The notes: generated by a model not told the origin, from the sequence alone. DNA of 56,353 bases from Acidimicrobiales bacterium (GCA_036257895.1 DATAES010000196.1:1-56353); one strand, 5' to 3'; positions 1-13,209 are shown, numbered from the stretch's first letter. Numbers and translations: made by a program.

Positions 1-1097
1 GAGGTGGTGAAGTCGTCAGCCAGACCGGTGCCGTACGCATCGTTGAGGACGAGCAATCCCACGGTGCTGACGTTGTCTTCCGTCACGACCTCACCGAGCA
101 CCTGCCCTTGCAAGATGTCCGATGGCGCATCACGGAAGTACAGCCCCTTGTCCGGGTACGTCGACAGCTTCTTGGACGTGTTGGCGGGCGAGAACATCAC
201 GACGCCTGCGCTCGTGACTTTGTCGATGACGTTCAGCGTCACCGCAGACGATGCCGCGCCGACGATGGCATCGACGTTGCCACTGAGCTCGCGGTCGATC
301 GTCTGCGTGCCGACGGTCGGGTTCTGTGCGTCGCTGGAGTCGCCTTCTTCGACCGTGATGTTCGTGCCGAGCGGTCCTCCGGCGGCGTTGATGTCCGCGA
401 TAGCGAGGCGGACACCGGAGATCATCGGTGGGCCCAGGAACGCAAGGCTGCCGGTGACCGGAAGGAACGTGCCGACCTTCAACACACCGTCGCCGGCCCG
501 CGTGCCCTCGACCGGCACTTCTGGAACGTCGGCCGCCGTCGGTGCTTTGGCCGTCTTGAAGACGGTGTCGGCGTCGTCGATCTTGTCCTGGGCATTGAAT
601 TGCTGGACGCCGTAGCTGGCGACCGTTGGCTCACCATTGCCCGAGAACTCGAGCGAGCCGGAGACACCGTCGTAGTCGATGTCCTTCGTGCCGCCCTTGA
701 TGAGCTGATCGCATTGTTGGTACGAGGTGCACTTCGTGCCACCACGGGTGACCTGGTTGACCTGCTTCGCCATGTCGACGCCGTCGGTGCCGGCGGCTTC
801 GGCCGCGAGCGCGATCACGACGGTCGCGTCGTACGATTCGGCGCCGTAGTTGTAGGTGTTCTGCAGGTCGAGACCTTGTGCGGCCAGCTTGGTCTTGAAG
901 TCAGCCGGCAGGTCGACCAAAGGCGTCGTCCCTCGCATGCCGTCGAGGGCGCCCTTCTGTCCCGGCTTGGCAGCACCGCTGCTCGCCCCGCTCGACGCCG
1001 CAGCGGTCGATGTCTTGTTGTCGTCGCTGCATGCCGCAGCCAGCAGGGTCACCCCTACCAGCAACGCAAGAACTTGCAACCGCTTTCGATGCTGCAT
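1..1097 (-). CDS. LivJ/PBP1-type (branched-chain amino acid family) ABC substrate-binding lipoprotein; 3' end off-window; carries an extra N-terminal partial PBP1-like module
   Basis: Absent from the ORF track because the frame stays open to the window edge. Hand translation from ATG 1097 gives MQHRKRLQVLALLVGVTLLAAACSDD (signal peptide plus lipobox). It continues ...YDATVVIALAAEAAGTDG...GVSGSLEFSGNGEPTVASYGVQQF, then from about 480 LKVGTFLPVTGSLAFLGPPMISGVRLAIADINAAGG, a canonical LivJ N-terminus. Confidence 0.75.
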   Translation of the reverse strand, partial: MQHRKRLQVLALLVGVTLLAAACSDDNKTSTAAASSGASSGAAKPGQKGALDGMRGTTPLVDLPADFKTKLAAQGLDLQNTYNYGAESYDATVVIALAAEAAGTDGVDMAKQVNQVTRGGTKCTSYQQCDQLIKGGTKDIDYDGVSGSLEFSGNGEPTVASYGVQQFNAQDKIDDADTVFKTAKAPTAADVPEVPVEGTRAGDGVLKVGTFLPVTGSLAFLGPPMISGVRLAIADINAAGGPLGTNITVEEGDSSDAQNPTVGTQTIDRELSGNVDAIVGAASSAVTLNVIDKVTSAGVVMFSPANTSKKLSTYPDKGLYFRDAPSDILQGQVLGEVVTEDNVSTVGLLVLNDAYGTGLADDFTT

Positions 1098-1187
1098 GTG
1101 TTTTCCCCCAAACGGTCAGATATGGGACGGCGCGGACCTTAGTCCTCGGACTGGCGATGCTTGCGAGACCAGGCAGAATGACATGTC

Positions 1188-1892
1188 TTGGTAACGGAAC
1201 TTCTGTACCTGCGAGATGCATACCTCACTGCCGCAGCGGTAACCATCGTCGCGGTCGACGGCGATCGTGTAGCGCTCGACCGCACCGTCTTCTACCCGAC
1301 GGGCGGCGGACAACCCTTCGACACCGGGACGCTGGGTGACGCCCGCGTCGTCGGGGTGCGCAAGGAGGGGGACACGGTCTGGCACACGATCGAGGGACCG
1401 GCACCGGATGTCGGCGACACCGTCGGGATCGAGGTGGATTGGGACCGTCGCCACGCATTGATGCGCACGCACAGCGCGCTCCACGTGCTGTGTGGTGTGA
1501 TCTGGAACGAGTGGGGCACTGCGGTCACGGGCGGGAACATGGAGCCACTTTCCGCACGGATGGACTTCGAGTTCGACCCCTTGCCGGAAGGGTTCGGACC
1601 GCGGGTCGAACAGCTGGTCAACGACGAGATCGCCGCCGCACGTCCGATCGAGGTGTCGTTCCTACCGCGTGAGACGGCCGTCGAGGACGAAGATCTCATC
1701 CGCACGAAGGTGAACATGATCCCGGAGTCGGTGAAGGAGATCCGCGTCGTCGACATCGTCGGCCTCGACAAGCAGGCCGACGGTGGGACCCACGTGCGCA
1801 CCACGGATGAGATCGGCCGCGTGCGGGTGGTGAAGACCGAGTCGAAGGGCAAGGGGAACAAGCGGATCCGCATCGAGATCGTCGATGGTTGA
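1188..1892 (+). CDS. alaX: AlaX-like alanyl-tRNA editing protein (Ala/Thr-tRNA synthetase second additional domain)
   Basis: 234-aa ORF with a TTG start. Motifs: HSALHVLCG (HxxxH) and ADGGTHV, the editing-domain zinc motifs. N-terminus TELLYLRDAYL is typical of AlaX. Confidence 0.8.
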   Translation: MVTELLYLRDAYLTAAAVTIVAVDGDRVALDRTVFYPTGGGQPFDTGTLGDARVVGVRKEGDTVWHTIEGPAPDVGDTVGIEVDWDRRHALMRTHSALHVLCGVIWNEWGTAVTGGNMEPLSARMDFEFDPLPEGFGPRVEQLVNDEIAAARPIEVSFLPRETAVEDEDLIRTKVNMIPESVKEIRVVDIVGLDKQADGGTHVRTTDEIGRVRVVKTESKGKGNKRIRIEIVDG

Positions 1893-2718
1893 GCTCGACG
1901 CCTTGCGAACCGCACTGCGCGAACTCGACTCGGTCGTGGTCGCGTTCAGCGGAGGTGCGGACAGCGCGTTCCTCGCCTGGGTCGCGAACGACACCCTCGG
2001 AGGCGATCGCGTCTTGGCCGCGACCGCGGTCTCACCGTCACTTGCAGGCGAGGAACGCGACGACTGTCGCAAGCTGGCCGCCGAATGGTCGTTGCGTTGG
2101 CGTGAGGTCGAGACTTCCGAGCTCGACGACGGCGCGTACCGCGTGAACGACGGTGAGCGCTGCTACTGGTGCAAGTCCTCGCTGATGGACGCGCTCGCAC
2201 CCATCGCTGTCGATGCCGGCGCCACCGTGGCCCTCGGTGTGAACTTGGACGACCTCGGCGATCACCGCCCCGGACAGCGCGCTGCGGCAGAGCGAGGTGC
2301 GGTCTTCCCGTTGGTCGCCGCTGGCTTCACGAAAGCTGATGTGCGGGCGTGGTCGAGAACGCTCGGGCTGCGCACCTGGGACAAGCCAGCCGCAGCCTGC
2401 CTCGCGTCGCGTGTGCCTTACGGAACCGCGGTGACGGTGGAAGTGCTCGGGCGCGTCGAACGGGCCGAGCGCGGTCTGCACCTGCTCGGCTTCCGCGACG
2501 TGCGGGTGCGTCATTACGGCGATTCGGCGCGGGTCGAACTGCCGCTCGAAGACCTGGCGCGCGCGGTTGCAGTCCGAGACGACGTCGTGGCCGCGGTCAA
2601 AGGAGCCGGATACGCCTACGTGACCCTCGACCTCGAGGGCCTTCGGTCCGGCAACCTCAACGCCGTGCTAGGTGCGTCCACACGTGCCGCCGAGCTCGGG
2701 AACGTCGTGGACTCGTGA
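1885..2718 (+). CDS. PP-loop ATP pyrophosphatase of the LarE/TIGR00268 type
   Basis: VVAFSGGADSAFL PP-loop and a CYWCK motif. 277 aa. Overlaps the alaX stop by 8 nt. Confidence 0.75.
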   Translation: MVELDALRTALRELDSVVVAFSGGADSAFLAWVANDTLGGDRVLAATAVSPSLAGEERDDCRKLAAEWSLRWREVETSELDDGAYRVNDGERCYWCKSSLMDALAPIAVDAGATVALGVNLDDLGDHRPGQRAAAERGAVFPLVAAGFTKADVRAWSRTLGLRTWDKPAAACLASRVPYGTAVTVEVLGRVERAERGLHLLGFRDVRVRHYGDSARVELPLEDLARAVAVRDDVVAAVKGAGYAYVTLDLEGLRSGNLNAVLGASTRAAELGNVVDS

Positions 2719-3231
2719 CTGCTCGTCGAGCGGCTTGAGGATCTGGGACAAGCTCTTCTCCGTCCCCGCGAAGAGCCGGTCTTCCTTCACCGCTTGGAAC
2801 TCGTAGTCGCTGTCCGGATGCGACGCAGCGTCGGCCTGGTTGAGCCGCAGCGTGGTCTGGACGTCGCCCGTCGCGGCGACGAGCGCGGTTCGGATCGATT
2901 CGGCCTCCGCCACGCCGGCTGCGGGAGCGCCCTCGATGTCCTTCCGCAGATCATCGGTGATCGCCTTCTGGTCGTCGAAGGCGCGCGAGTAGCGAGCGCG
3001 TCGTCCCGAGACATCGAGTTTGGGACTGTCGGTGCTGAACGAGTTGGCCGCGCCGACCATCCGGTTCTGCCAGGTCGAGACAGCGCTGCACACCGCGCTG
3101 ACGAAGGTCGCGGGCGCCGGCGACGATTGACTCGACGCGCTGCTTGCCGGCTCCGCGGAGTCCGGCTTGTCGGAGCACGCGACCATGAGCGCGACGCACC
3201 CGGCCAGCAACGCGATGCGCGTGAGCCTCAT
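2668..3231 (-). CDS. Hypothetical lipoprotein
   Basis: Internal start at M80 of ORF 2668..3468: MRLTRIALLAGCVALMVACSDKP (signal plus lipobox). The ATGA overlap with the upstream small gene supports this start. Confidence 0.6.
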   Translation of the reverse strand: MRLTRIALLAGCVALMVACSDKPDSAEPASSASSQSSPAPATFVSAVCSAVSTWQNRMVGAANSFSTDSPKLDVSGRRARYSRAFDDQKAITDDLRKDIEGAPAAGVAEAESIRTALVAATGDVQTTLRLNQADAASHPDSDYEFQAVKEDRLFAGTEKSLSQILKPLDEQSRVHDVPELGGTCGRT

Positions 3232-3512
3232 TCGAAGGGTGTCCAGGTGGGGAACGAGATGTGATCGACGTCGAGCCGCGTCGTGATGCGGCCTTTGGCT
3301 GCCAGCTCGTGGAGGCACGGGCGAGCGATGTCGATGCCGAGCATCCGGATGTAGTCCGCGACCGGCAGCAGCAGCGGCCCCGCCGAAGCGTCGGCGTCGC
3401 CGGGCCGCAGGAGCGCATCGACCTCGAGCGTCGGCCGGCACGGGTGAGCGACGTCCAGCGGGGTGCACTGGTAGACGACGCCCTCGAACACGGACTGGGC
3501 GAGGATCCTCAT
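3228..3512 (-). CDS. Hypothetical small protein (94 aa)
   Basis: C-terminal part of ORF 3228..3743 starting MRILAQSVFEGVVYQCTPLD. The N-terminal remainder of that ORF is an Arg/Ser-rich shadow over the DUF427 gene. Stop overlaps the lipoprotein start (ATGA). Confidence 0.5.
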   Translation of the reverse strand: MRILAQSVFEGVVYQCTPLDVAHPCRPTLEVDALLRPGDADASAGPLLLPVADYIRMLGIDIARPCLHELAAKGRITTRLDVDHISFPTWTPFE

Positions 3513-3525
3513 CGGTGCGGCCGCC

Positions 3526-4020
3526 TCACCAGTCCGCTGTCCCGATGCCGCCCTTGAACGGACCCACGATCTTCGAGGTGATCCACCCCCCGTAGAACGA
3601 GCCGTCGTTGGCCTGGACGCGCTCGTCGTCGACGAAGCATGCATCCATCGGTTGGGGATAGAACGCGAGGTAGCCGACGATGGCTTCGAAAGCCGTAGTG
3701 GGCGTCTCGTACGACCACGCCGCATCGACCGCGGATCGTTCACCGACGCGCACCATGTAGTACCGCGCTCGTCCCTTCCATTCGCAGAACGTCGCGTGGG
3801 TCGACGGGAAGAGATGCTCGGTCCGCACGTCGTCCGGGGGCAGGTAGTACGCAGGAGGCTGGCTCGTCTCGAGCACGCGATAGGCCTGTGTCGTGTCCGC
3901 GATCGTCATGCCTGCGAACTCGACCCGCACTCGACTGTCGGTCGGCTCGATGGCCGGCGGCCGCGGGTAGTCCCACACCGACTCCTGGCCCGGCCCGGGC
4001 GGGATCCGCTGCGGCTCCAC
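3526..4020 (-). CDS. DUF427 domain-containing protein
   Basis: VWDYPRPPAIEP...FCEWKGRARYY...FYGGWIT are DUF427 hallmarks. Start placed at in-frame GTG 4020 (V108 of ORF 3526..4341). Confidence 0.75.
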   Translation of the reverse strand: MEPQRIPPGPGQESVWDYPRPPAIEPTDSRVRVEFAGMTIADTTQAYRVLETSQPPAYYLPPDDVRTEHLFPSTHATFCEWKGRARYYMVRVGERSAVDAAWSYETPTTAFEAIVGYLAFYPQPMDACFVDDERVQANDGSFYGGWITSKIVGPFKGGIGTADW

Positions 4021-4029
4021 GGTGGCAGC

Positions 4030-4524
4030 ATGGCCGCGATGGCGCCGCCCTCCAACCCGGACGACGAGCGCAAGCTCGACCAGTTCGCCACTGCTCTGGC
4101 GGATGCCATCGAGGACGCGCTGCCCGGCTGGGTCGTGCGCGGCGTCGAACAACGGCTGCGCGATTGGTCGGGTCGAGTCGATCCGGTCGTCCTCGAACAG
4201 GCACGCGCCGCCGGCGAACGTGCTCGTGTCGAGATCGGACCGGAGATCCGGCGCCTGCTCTCGCTCGACGTCGACGACCAGCACACCAACCCGTTGTCGG
4301 TCGTGCGGCGGGCTGTGCGCTACCCGACCGAGGTGTTGCAAGCCGCAGGTGTGCCGACCGTCAGGCGCGACGAGTTCGCCGAGCGCGCTTTCCCTGACGA
4401 CGTCTATGACCTATCACCCGCCTCGTTCGGCGATGTCGACCCGTCACTCCACGAACCCGGGCTGGTGTGGGGTGCGGCGAAGGCCCACATCCACCTAACC
4501 CGCCGGCGCTCGACCCAAGGCTGA
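4030..4524 (+). CDS. Conserved hypothetical protein
   Basis: Start at MAAMAPPSNPDDERKLDQF within ORF 3652..4524. Coding-like composition. Divergent from the DUF427 gene with a 9-bp gap. Confidence 0.55.
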   Translation: MAAMAPPSNPDDERKLDQFATALADAIEDALPGWVVRGVEQRLRDWSGRVDPVVLEQARAAGERARVEIGPEIRRLLSLDVDDQHTNPLSVVRRAVRYPTEVLQAAGVPTVRRDEFAERAFPDDVYDLSPASFGDVDPSLHEPGLVWGAAKAHIHLTRRRSTQG

Positions 4525-4532
4525 TCCGCGGG

Positions 4533-4991
4533 TCAGTGGGGTTCCCATGCTTCCGGGTCTTCGGCGAGAGCGTCGACTTCGGGTGGGAGCTTGCCGGCGA
4601 CGAGATCGGCGACCGTGACGACCTCGAGCACACTGCGCAGGCTCGCCCGGACGCACACCCACATGCGCTGCAGCGGCACGGCCCGTCCTGCGAACTCGAC
4701 GTCCTCCGGTCGCATGCCACGCACATTGGCGAGTGGTCCTTCAACGGCACGGATGAGCTCGGCGACCGTGATCTGATCGGCAGGACGCGCCAACCAGTAG
4801 CCGCCATCCGCGCCACGCTGGCTCCCGACCAGACCGGATCGCTTCAGCTCGCCGAGGATGTTCTCGAGGTACTTCATCGGGATGCGCTGCTCGCGCGCGA
4901 TCTGCTCACCTTTGATCGGGTTGTCGCGGCCGGCGTCGGCGAGCTCGATCGCGGCCCGCACCGTGTAGTCGACTTTCGCCGTCACCCGCAC
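4533..4991 (-). CDS. Rrf2 family transcriptional regulator (no three-Cys cluster motif)
   Basis: VRVTAKVDYTVRAAIELA...IPMKYLENILGELKRSGLVGSQRGADGGYWLARP is an Rrf2 winged helix. GTG start at 4991. Only one Cys in the protein. Confidence 0.85.
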   Translation of the reverse strand: MRVTAKVDYTVRAAIELADAGRDNPIKGEQIAREQRIPMKYLENILGELKRSGLVGSQRGADGGYWLARPADQITVAELIRAVEGPLANVRGMRPEDVEFAGRAVPLQRMWVCVRASLRSVLEVVTVADLVAGKLPPEVDALAEDPEAWEPH

Positions 4992-5004
4992 GTGGCGCCT
5001 GCCG

Positions 5005-5232
5005 TCATTGGTCCTGGTCGTCAGGGTCTTCCCGCTCGAACCGTTGCCACCCGGCGTCGGCGATCGACCTCGACTCGAAGAAGATGCAGCCCTCCGGGCA
5101 GGCGAAGGGCGCCGTCTCGTTGGCGTCGACGCGGCAGCGCTGGACGACTTCACCGGACGCGACGGTTCGAGTCGAGTAGTGCCTACAGTCTTCGCGGACG
5201 GCCACCGGCACAGTCTGGCAGCCACCTCCCAT
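5005..5232 (-). CDS. Small Cys-rich protein (75 aa), possible metal or Fe-S binding
   Basis: High GC3 and five Cys: CQT..CRHY..QRCRVD..FACPEGCIFFE. Lies 13 nt upstream of the Rrf2 gene on the same strand. Confidence 0.6.
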   Translation of the reverse strand: MGGGCQTVPVAVREDCRHYSTRTVASGEVVQRCRVDANETAPFACPEGCIFFESRSIADAGWQRFEREDPDDQDQ

Positions 5233-5256
5233 CGAAGCGTTGCGTAGTCTCGGGTC

Positions 5257-6594
5257 GTGGCGAGACGGCTCGCGGTGATCGGAGGCGACGCCGGCGGGAT
5301 GACTGCCGCCACACAGGCGAGACGACTCGACCCCTCACTCGAGATCGTCGCGTTCGAGAGAACGGAGTGGACGAGCTACTCTGCCTGCGGCATCCCCTAC
5401 GTCGTCAGCGGCGAGGTCGCGGGGGTCGAGCAGCTCGTTGCTCGTACAGCCCAGGAGCATCGCGACCAGTCCCACATCGATGTACGTATGCGTCACGAGG
5501 TCATGGGCATCGACCTGTCGGCCGGACGTGTCGAGGTCCGCGACCACATCCGCGGTCGCACCATCCAGGTTCCGTTCGACCTGCTCCTCCTCGGCATGGG
5601 CGCCCGCCCCATCCGGCCGGACCTCCCGGGTATCGACCTTCCGATCGTCCATGGCGTCCAGACGCTGCAGGATGCGAGCCAACTCCTCCACTACGCCGAG
5701 ACGAGCCGATGTAGCCAGGTGGTCGTCGTCGGGGGCGGCTACATCGGCCTCGAGCTGGCGGAGGCGTTCGTGGCGCGCGATGCCCATGTGACGGTCGTCG
5801 AGGGTGCGGCGCACGTCATGAGCACGCTGGATGGCGACATGGCGGCGCCGATCGAGGACGCGATGCGCAAGCTCGGCATCGACCTCAGGCTGAACACGAA
5901 GGTCATTGGCTTCGAAGACGATGCGGTTCTGACCCGGGACGGTCGGATCGCGGCCGATCTCGTCGTCCTCGGCATCGGGGTCGAACCGAACAGCGGGCTC
6001 GCGCGCGGTGCGGGAATCGAGCTCGGCGTTCGCCGGTCCGTGCACGTTGATCGGCAACAGCGAACCAGTGCGTCGAACGTGTGGGCCGCGGGCGATTGCG
6101 CGGAGTCCTTCCATCTCGTGAGCCGTCGTCCGGTGTACATCGCGCTCGGTACCGTCGCCAACCGACATGGTCGGGTCGCAGGAACGAACATCGGCGGCGG
6201 CTACGCGTCCTTCCCCGGCGTGCTCGGCACGGCGATGACCCGCCTCTGCGCCCTCGAGATCAGCCGCACAGGTTTGAACGAACGTGAGGCCCGCGAGGCT
6301 GCGTTCGACTTCGCCGTCGCCGCCATCGACAGTACGACCTCGGCCGGGTATTTCTCCGATGCGCCGAAGATCACCGTGAAGTTGCTCGCGGAGCGGAGAA
6401 GCGGCCGGATCATCGGCGCGCAGATCGTGGGGGGACGTGGCGCGGCCAAGCGCATCGACGTCGTGGCCGCCGCGATCACCGCGGGGATGGATGCGCAACA
6501 GCTCGTCGACCTCGACTTCGGCTACGCGCCGCCCATGAGTTCGCTGTGGGACCCGATCGCGAGCGCGGCTCGCGTGATTCTTTCGAGGATCTGA
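5257..6594 (+). CDS. FAD-dependent pyridine nucleotide-disulfide oxidoreductase, CoA-disulfide reductase/NADH oxidase family
   Basis: LAVIGGDAGGMTAA (FAD fold), the single active-site Cys context SYSACGIPY, and VVVVGGGYIGLE (NAD fold). 445 aa. Confidence 0.85.
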   Translation: MARRLAVIGGDAGGMTAATQARRLDPSLEIVAFERTEWTSYSACGIPYVVSGEVAGVEQLVARTAQEHRDQSHIDVRMRHEVMGIDLSAGRVEVRDHIRGRTIQVPFDLLLLGMGARPIRPDLPGIDLPIVHGVQTLQDASQLLHYAETSRCSQVVVVGGGYIGLELAEAFVARDAHVTVVEGAAHVMSTLDGDMAAPIEDAMRKLGIDLRLNTKVIGFEDDAVLTRDGRIAADLVVLGIGVEPNSGLARGAGIELGVRRSVHVDRQQRTSASNVWAAGDCAESFHLVSRRPVYIALGTVANRHGRVAGTNIGGGYASFPGVLGTAMTRLCALEISRTGLNEREAREAAFDFAVAAIDSTTSAGYFSDAPKITVKLLAERRSGRIIGAQIVGGRGAAKRIDVVAAAITAGMDAQQLVDLDFGYAPPMSSLWDPIASAARVILSRI

Positions 6595-6663
6595 TGACTC
6601 CCTGACACACCTCGATCGCGCGGCTAGGTTCCGCGCCTTCGATGCCAAAACGAGGGGGGAATC

Positions 6664-10556
<3,893 letters not shown>

Positions 10557-10566
10557 CTTGAGCGCG

Positions 10567-11268
10567 ATGCCGGCTGCCCGCGACGAGAGCGAACCCCGGC
10601 GCGCGACGGCGCAGGATCTGCATCGGTGGAGCGAAGCGCTGGCCGGCATCGCCCGCACCGGGCTCGGGTTCACCCAGAGCCTGTACGAGAAGGAGCGGTT
10701 CGAGGAGATTCTCGCCGTGGCCGCGGACATCGCCCACGCGGCCGGCGGCGGTGAGTTCGACCACGACCGGCAGGTCGAGGAGTGGCTCGGCATGGTCGGC
10801 GAAGGAGTTCCGGGTTACGTCACACCGAAGGTTGCTGTAGCGGCCATCGTCGGCAACGACGACGAACAGATACTTCTCGTGCAGCGAGCCGACTCGGGTG
10901 TGTGGCTGTATCCCACGGGCTGGGCCGACATCGGCTACTCCGCGGCAGAGGTTGCGGTGAAGGAGGTGCGCGAGGAGACGGGAATCGAGATCGAGGTCAT
11001 GCGGATGATCGGCGTGCTCGACGGTCTGCGACTCGGATTCACCCGCATCCCGATGTACCTGTTGCTGTTCCACTGCCGCGCCATCGGTGGCGATCTTCAG
11101 GCGCACCCGCTCGAGTGTTCCGACGTCGGTTGGTTCGCGCAGGATGCGCTGCCGTGGCCGTTGGCCGGCTTTCCTCGCTGGGGCGAGCTCGCCTTCGCCG
11201 CGATCCGCGGTGAGCCCATCGAGCCGTTGTTCGACGAGCCGCGCGACAAGCCCTGGCTCAGTCGTTGA
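10567..11268 (+). CDS. NUDIX hydrolase with NUDIX N-terminal domain
   Basis: Start at MPAARDE (M73 of ORF 10351..11268). Nudix box GWADIGYSAAEVAVKEVREETGIE. Confidence 0.8.
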   Translation: MPAARDESEPRRATAQDLHRWSEALAGIARTGLGFTQSLYEKERFEEILAVAADIAHAAGGGEFDHDRQVEEWLGMVGEGVPGYVTPKVAVAAIVGNDDEQILLVQRADSGVWLYPTGWADIGYSAAEVAVKEVREETGIEIEVMRMIGVLDGLRLGFTRIPMYLLLFHCRAIGGDLQAHPLECSDVGWFAQDALPWPLAGFPRWGELAFAAIRGEPIEPLFDEPRDKPWLSR

Positions 11269-11728
11269 GTTGGGCGAACAGCGCGTCGACGATCGAGGTC
11301 GCGCCGCGGGAGCGTTCCCATTCGTCGGCGATGCTCTCGTGGTCGACGAGGCCCGCACCGTCGGGCTGGAGCCCGAGCGCGGCTTCGGCCGCGTTGGCCA
11401 GCGGCGCCGGCTCGACCTCGTTGCCGTACGCGGCGAACACCTCGAGGCCGTCCCACAGCGACTCGAGCGGCGCGGGAGGCTGGGCGCCGGTCTCGAGCGC
11501 GAGCGCGACCGAGGCGAACACTTCGTAAGGGTCGAGGTCCGCGGGCTTGCGATAACCGGCAACGGGGTGGAGTCGCCACTCGAGCGTCACGCCTCCGGGA
11601 CCGTCGTCGCGCAGCCAGGTCTGTGACCCGTTCACGTAGGCGTCGACCGGTTCGCCGAAGCGTTCGTCGAGGGCGACGATCACCGCGGGCGTCGCACGCC
11701 ACACGCAGACCGACGTGCGCTGAACCAC
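11258..11728 (-). CDS. Hypothetical protein
   Basis: Coding-like C-terminal 156 aa of ORF 11258..11935. GTG 11728 chosen so the gene does not run into the divergent M1 peptidase gene. No motif recognised. Confidence 0.45.
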   Translation of the reverse strand: MVQRTSVCVWRATPAVIVALDERFGEPVDAYVNGSQTWLRDDGPGGVTLEWRLHPVAGYRKPADLDPYEVFASVALALETGAQPPAPLESLWDGLEVFAAYGNEVEPAPLANAAEAALGLQPDGAGLVDHESIADEWERSRGATSIVDALFAQLND

Positions 11729-11759
11729 CGTCGAACGGTACCTCTGCAACGATTCGCCG

Positions 11760-13187
11760 ATGATTCGTCGGGTCGCCGCGTTCGCTCTCGTCGCGTTCGC
11801 AGCCGTCGCACTAGCGGCTTGCTCCGACGACCCGCGCCCGGCCTCATCTGAGTCGTCGGCGTCATCGTCGTCGTCCCAAGCGGAGACGACGACCGTCCAG
11901 CCGACGCCCACGACCGCGAGCCCGCTGTCGTTCATCGCGGGATGTCCCGATCCGGGTCCCTTGGCACAACCGGACCAACATCGGCCGCGCTACGAGGCGT
12001 CGGTTGACGTCGACCCGCCATCGTCCACCGTGACCGGATCGATGACCGTGACCTTCACGCCCGACGTGCCCGTCGACGAGATGGTCTTCCGGATCTGGGC
12101 CAACGGGCCGGTTCCGGCAGCGAGCGGCGCGCTCCTGGCGGTCGACCAAGTCGTTGCTGTTTCGGACGGCCGTCCGCTTCCTACGAAACTCACTGACCCG
12201 ACGACGCTGCACGTCGCGATCAGTGGCCGCGCGAACGCGGCCATCGGCATGCGACTCGTGTTCACGCTCACCGTTCCGCGCAACAACGACGATCGCGTCG
12301 CGCACGCAGGTGACACGATGCGGCTTGGTTCGTTCCTTCCGTTGCTCGCGTGGGAGCCGGGCGTCGGATGGGCGACGGAACCTGCCACGGCTATCCACGG
12401 TGAGGCTGCGACTTCGCCGATCGCCGACTACGACGTCGCGCTTGCGGTACCTGCCGGGTACGACGTACTCGGCACCGGCGTGCGCGACCCGGACAACCAC
12501 TGGCGCGCTTCGGCGGTGCGCGATGTCGCATTCAGCGTCGGTCACTTCGTCATCGCCGAGCAGGACGTAGCCGGTGTGCACGTGACCGTCGGCGTCGACC
12601 GTTCGGTGGGCGAGGATCCGCATCACGATCTCGCCCTTGTCGCCGACGCGTTGCCGCACTACGAAGCTCGGTTCGGCGCATTTCCATGGCCCGTGTACAC
12701 CGTGGCGATGACGCCAGGCTTCAACGGTGGCATCGAGTTCCCGTTGCACGTCATGCAAGGTCCTGGGTCCCAGGATCGCTCGGTCGTCCACGAGCTCGCC
12801 CACCAGTGGTTCTACTCACTCGTGGGCAACGATCAAGCGCGCGATCCGTGGCTCGACGAATCGCTCGCGTCCTATGCCGAGTTCGTGCAGGTCGGATCGC
12901 TGGTACGGCATGCGAGTGACCCGATCGATCCCGCGGTGCAAGGGCGTGCGGGTGAACCGATGACGTTCTGGGAGCATCACGCGCCCGACTACTACACGGG
13001 CTTGTACGTCCAAGGAGCGGAGGCGGTTGCATCGCTCGGAACGGTCGACCAAGTCGACTGCTCGCTCCGGCAGTACGTGGCGCATAACGCGTTCCGCATC
13101 GCGACCCCGGCGGACGCCTTCGCTGCGTTCGCCGTCGTTTTCCCCGATCCGGATGCGACCCTGGCGCCGGCCGGGTTGCATCCGTGA
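11760..13187 (+). CDS. M1-family zinc metallopeptidase lipoprotein
   Basis: MIRRVAAFALVAFAAVALAACSDD (lipobox), a Ser-rich linker, and HELAHQWFYSLVGND...WLDESLASY (HExxH plus E). Confidence 0.8.
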   Translation: MIRRVAAFALVAFAAVALAACSDDPRPASSESSASSSSSQAETTTVQPTPTTASPLSFIAGCPDPGPLAQPDQHRPRYEASVDVDPPSSTVTGSMTVTFTPDVPVDEMVFRIWANGPVPAASGALLAVDQVVAVSDGRPLPTKLTDPTTLHVAISGRANAAIGMRLVFTLTVPRNNDDRVAHAGDTMRLGSFLPLLAWEPGVGWATEPATAIHGEAATSPIADYDVALAVPAGYDVLGTGVRDPDNHWRASAVRDVAFSVGHFVIAEQDVAGVHVTVGVDRSVGEDPHHDLALVADALPHYEARFGAFPWPVYTVAMTPGFNGGIEFPLHVMQGPGSQDRSVVHELAHQWFYSLVGNDQARDPWLDESLASYAEFVQVGSLVRHASDPIDPAVQGRAGEPMTFWEHHAPDYYTGLYVQGAEAVASLGTVDQVDCSLRQYVAHNAFRIATPADAFAAFAVVFPDPDATLAPAGLHP

Positions 13188-13209
13188 TCCGGTTCTAAGG
13201 TTCGCCACC

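Noticed and set aside
6595-6663. A GlnR/AmtR operator upstream of amt.
   Set aside because: I could not find a convincing gTnAc-N6-GaAAc or AmtR-type repeat by eye. A matrix scan would be needed.
13188-13209. Recurrent GGTTCT shortly after several stop codons (13187, 21184, 26901, 33675, 42508) as a possible termination motif.
   Set aside because: A 6-mer of this composition is expected several times per strand by chance in 56 kb. The positional enrichment is too weakly supported without statistics.
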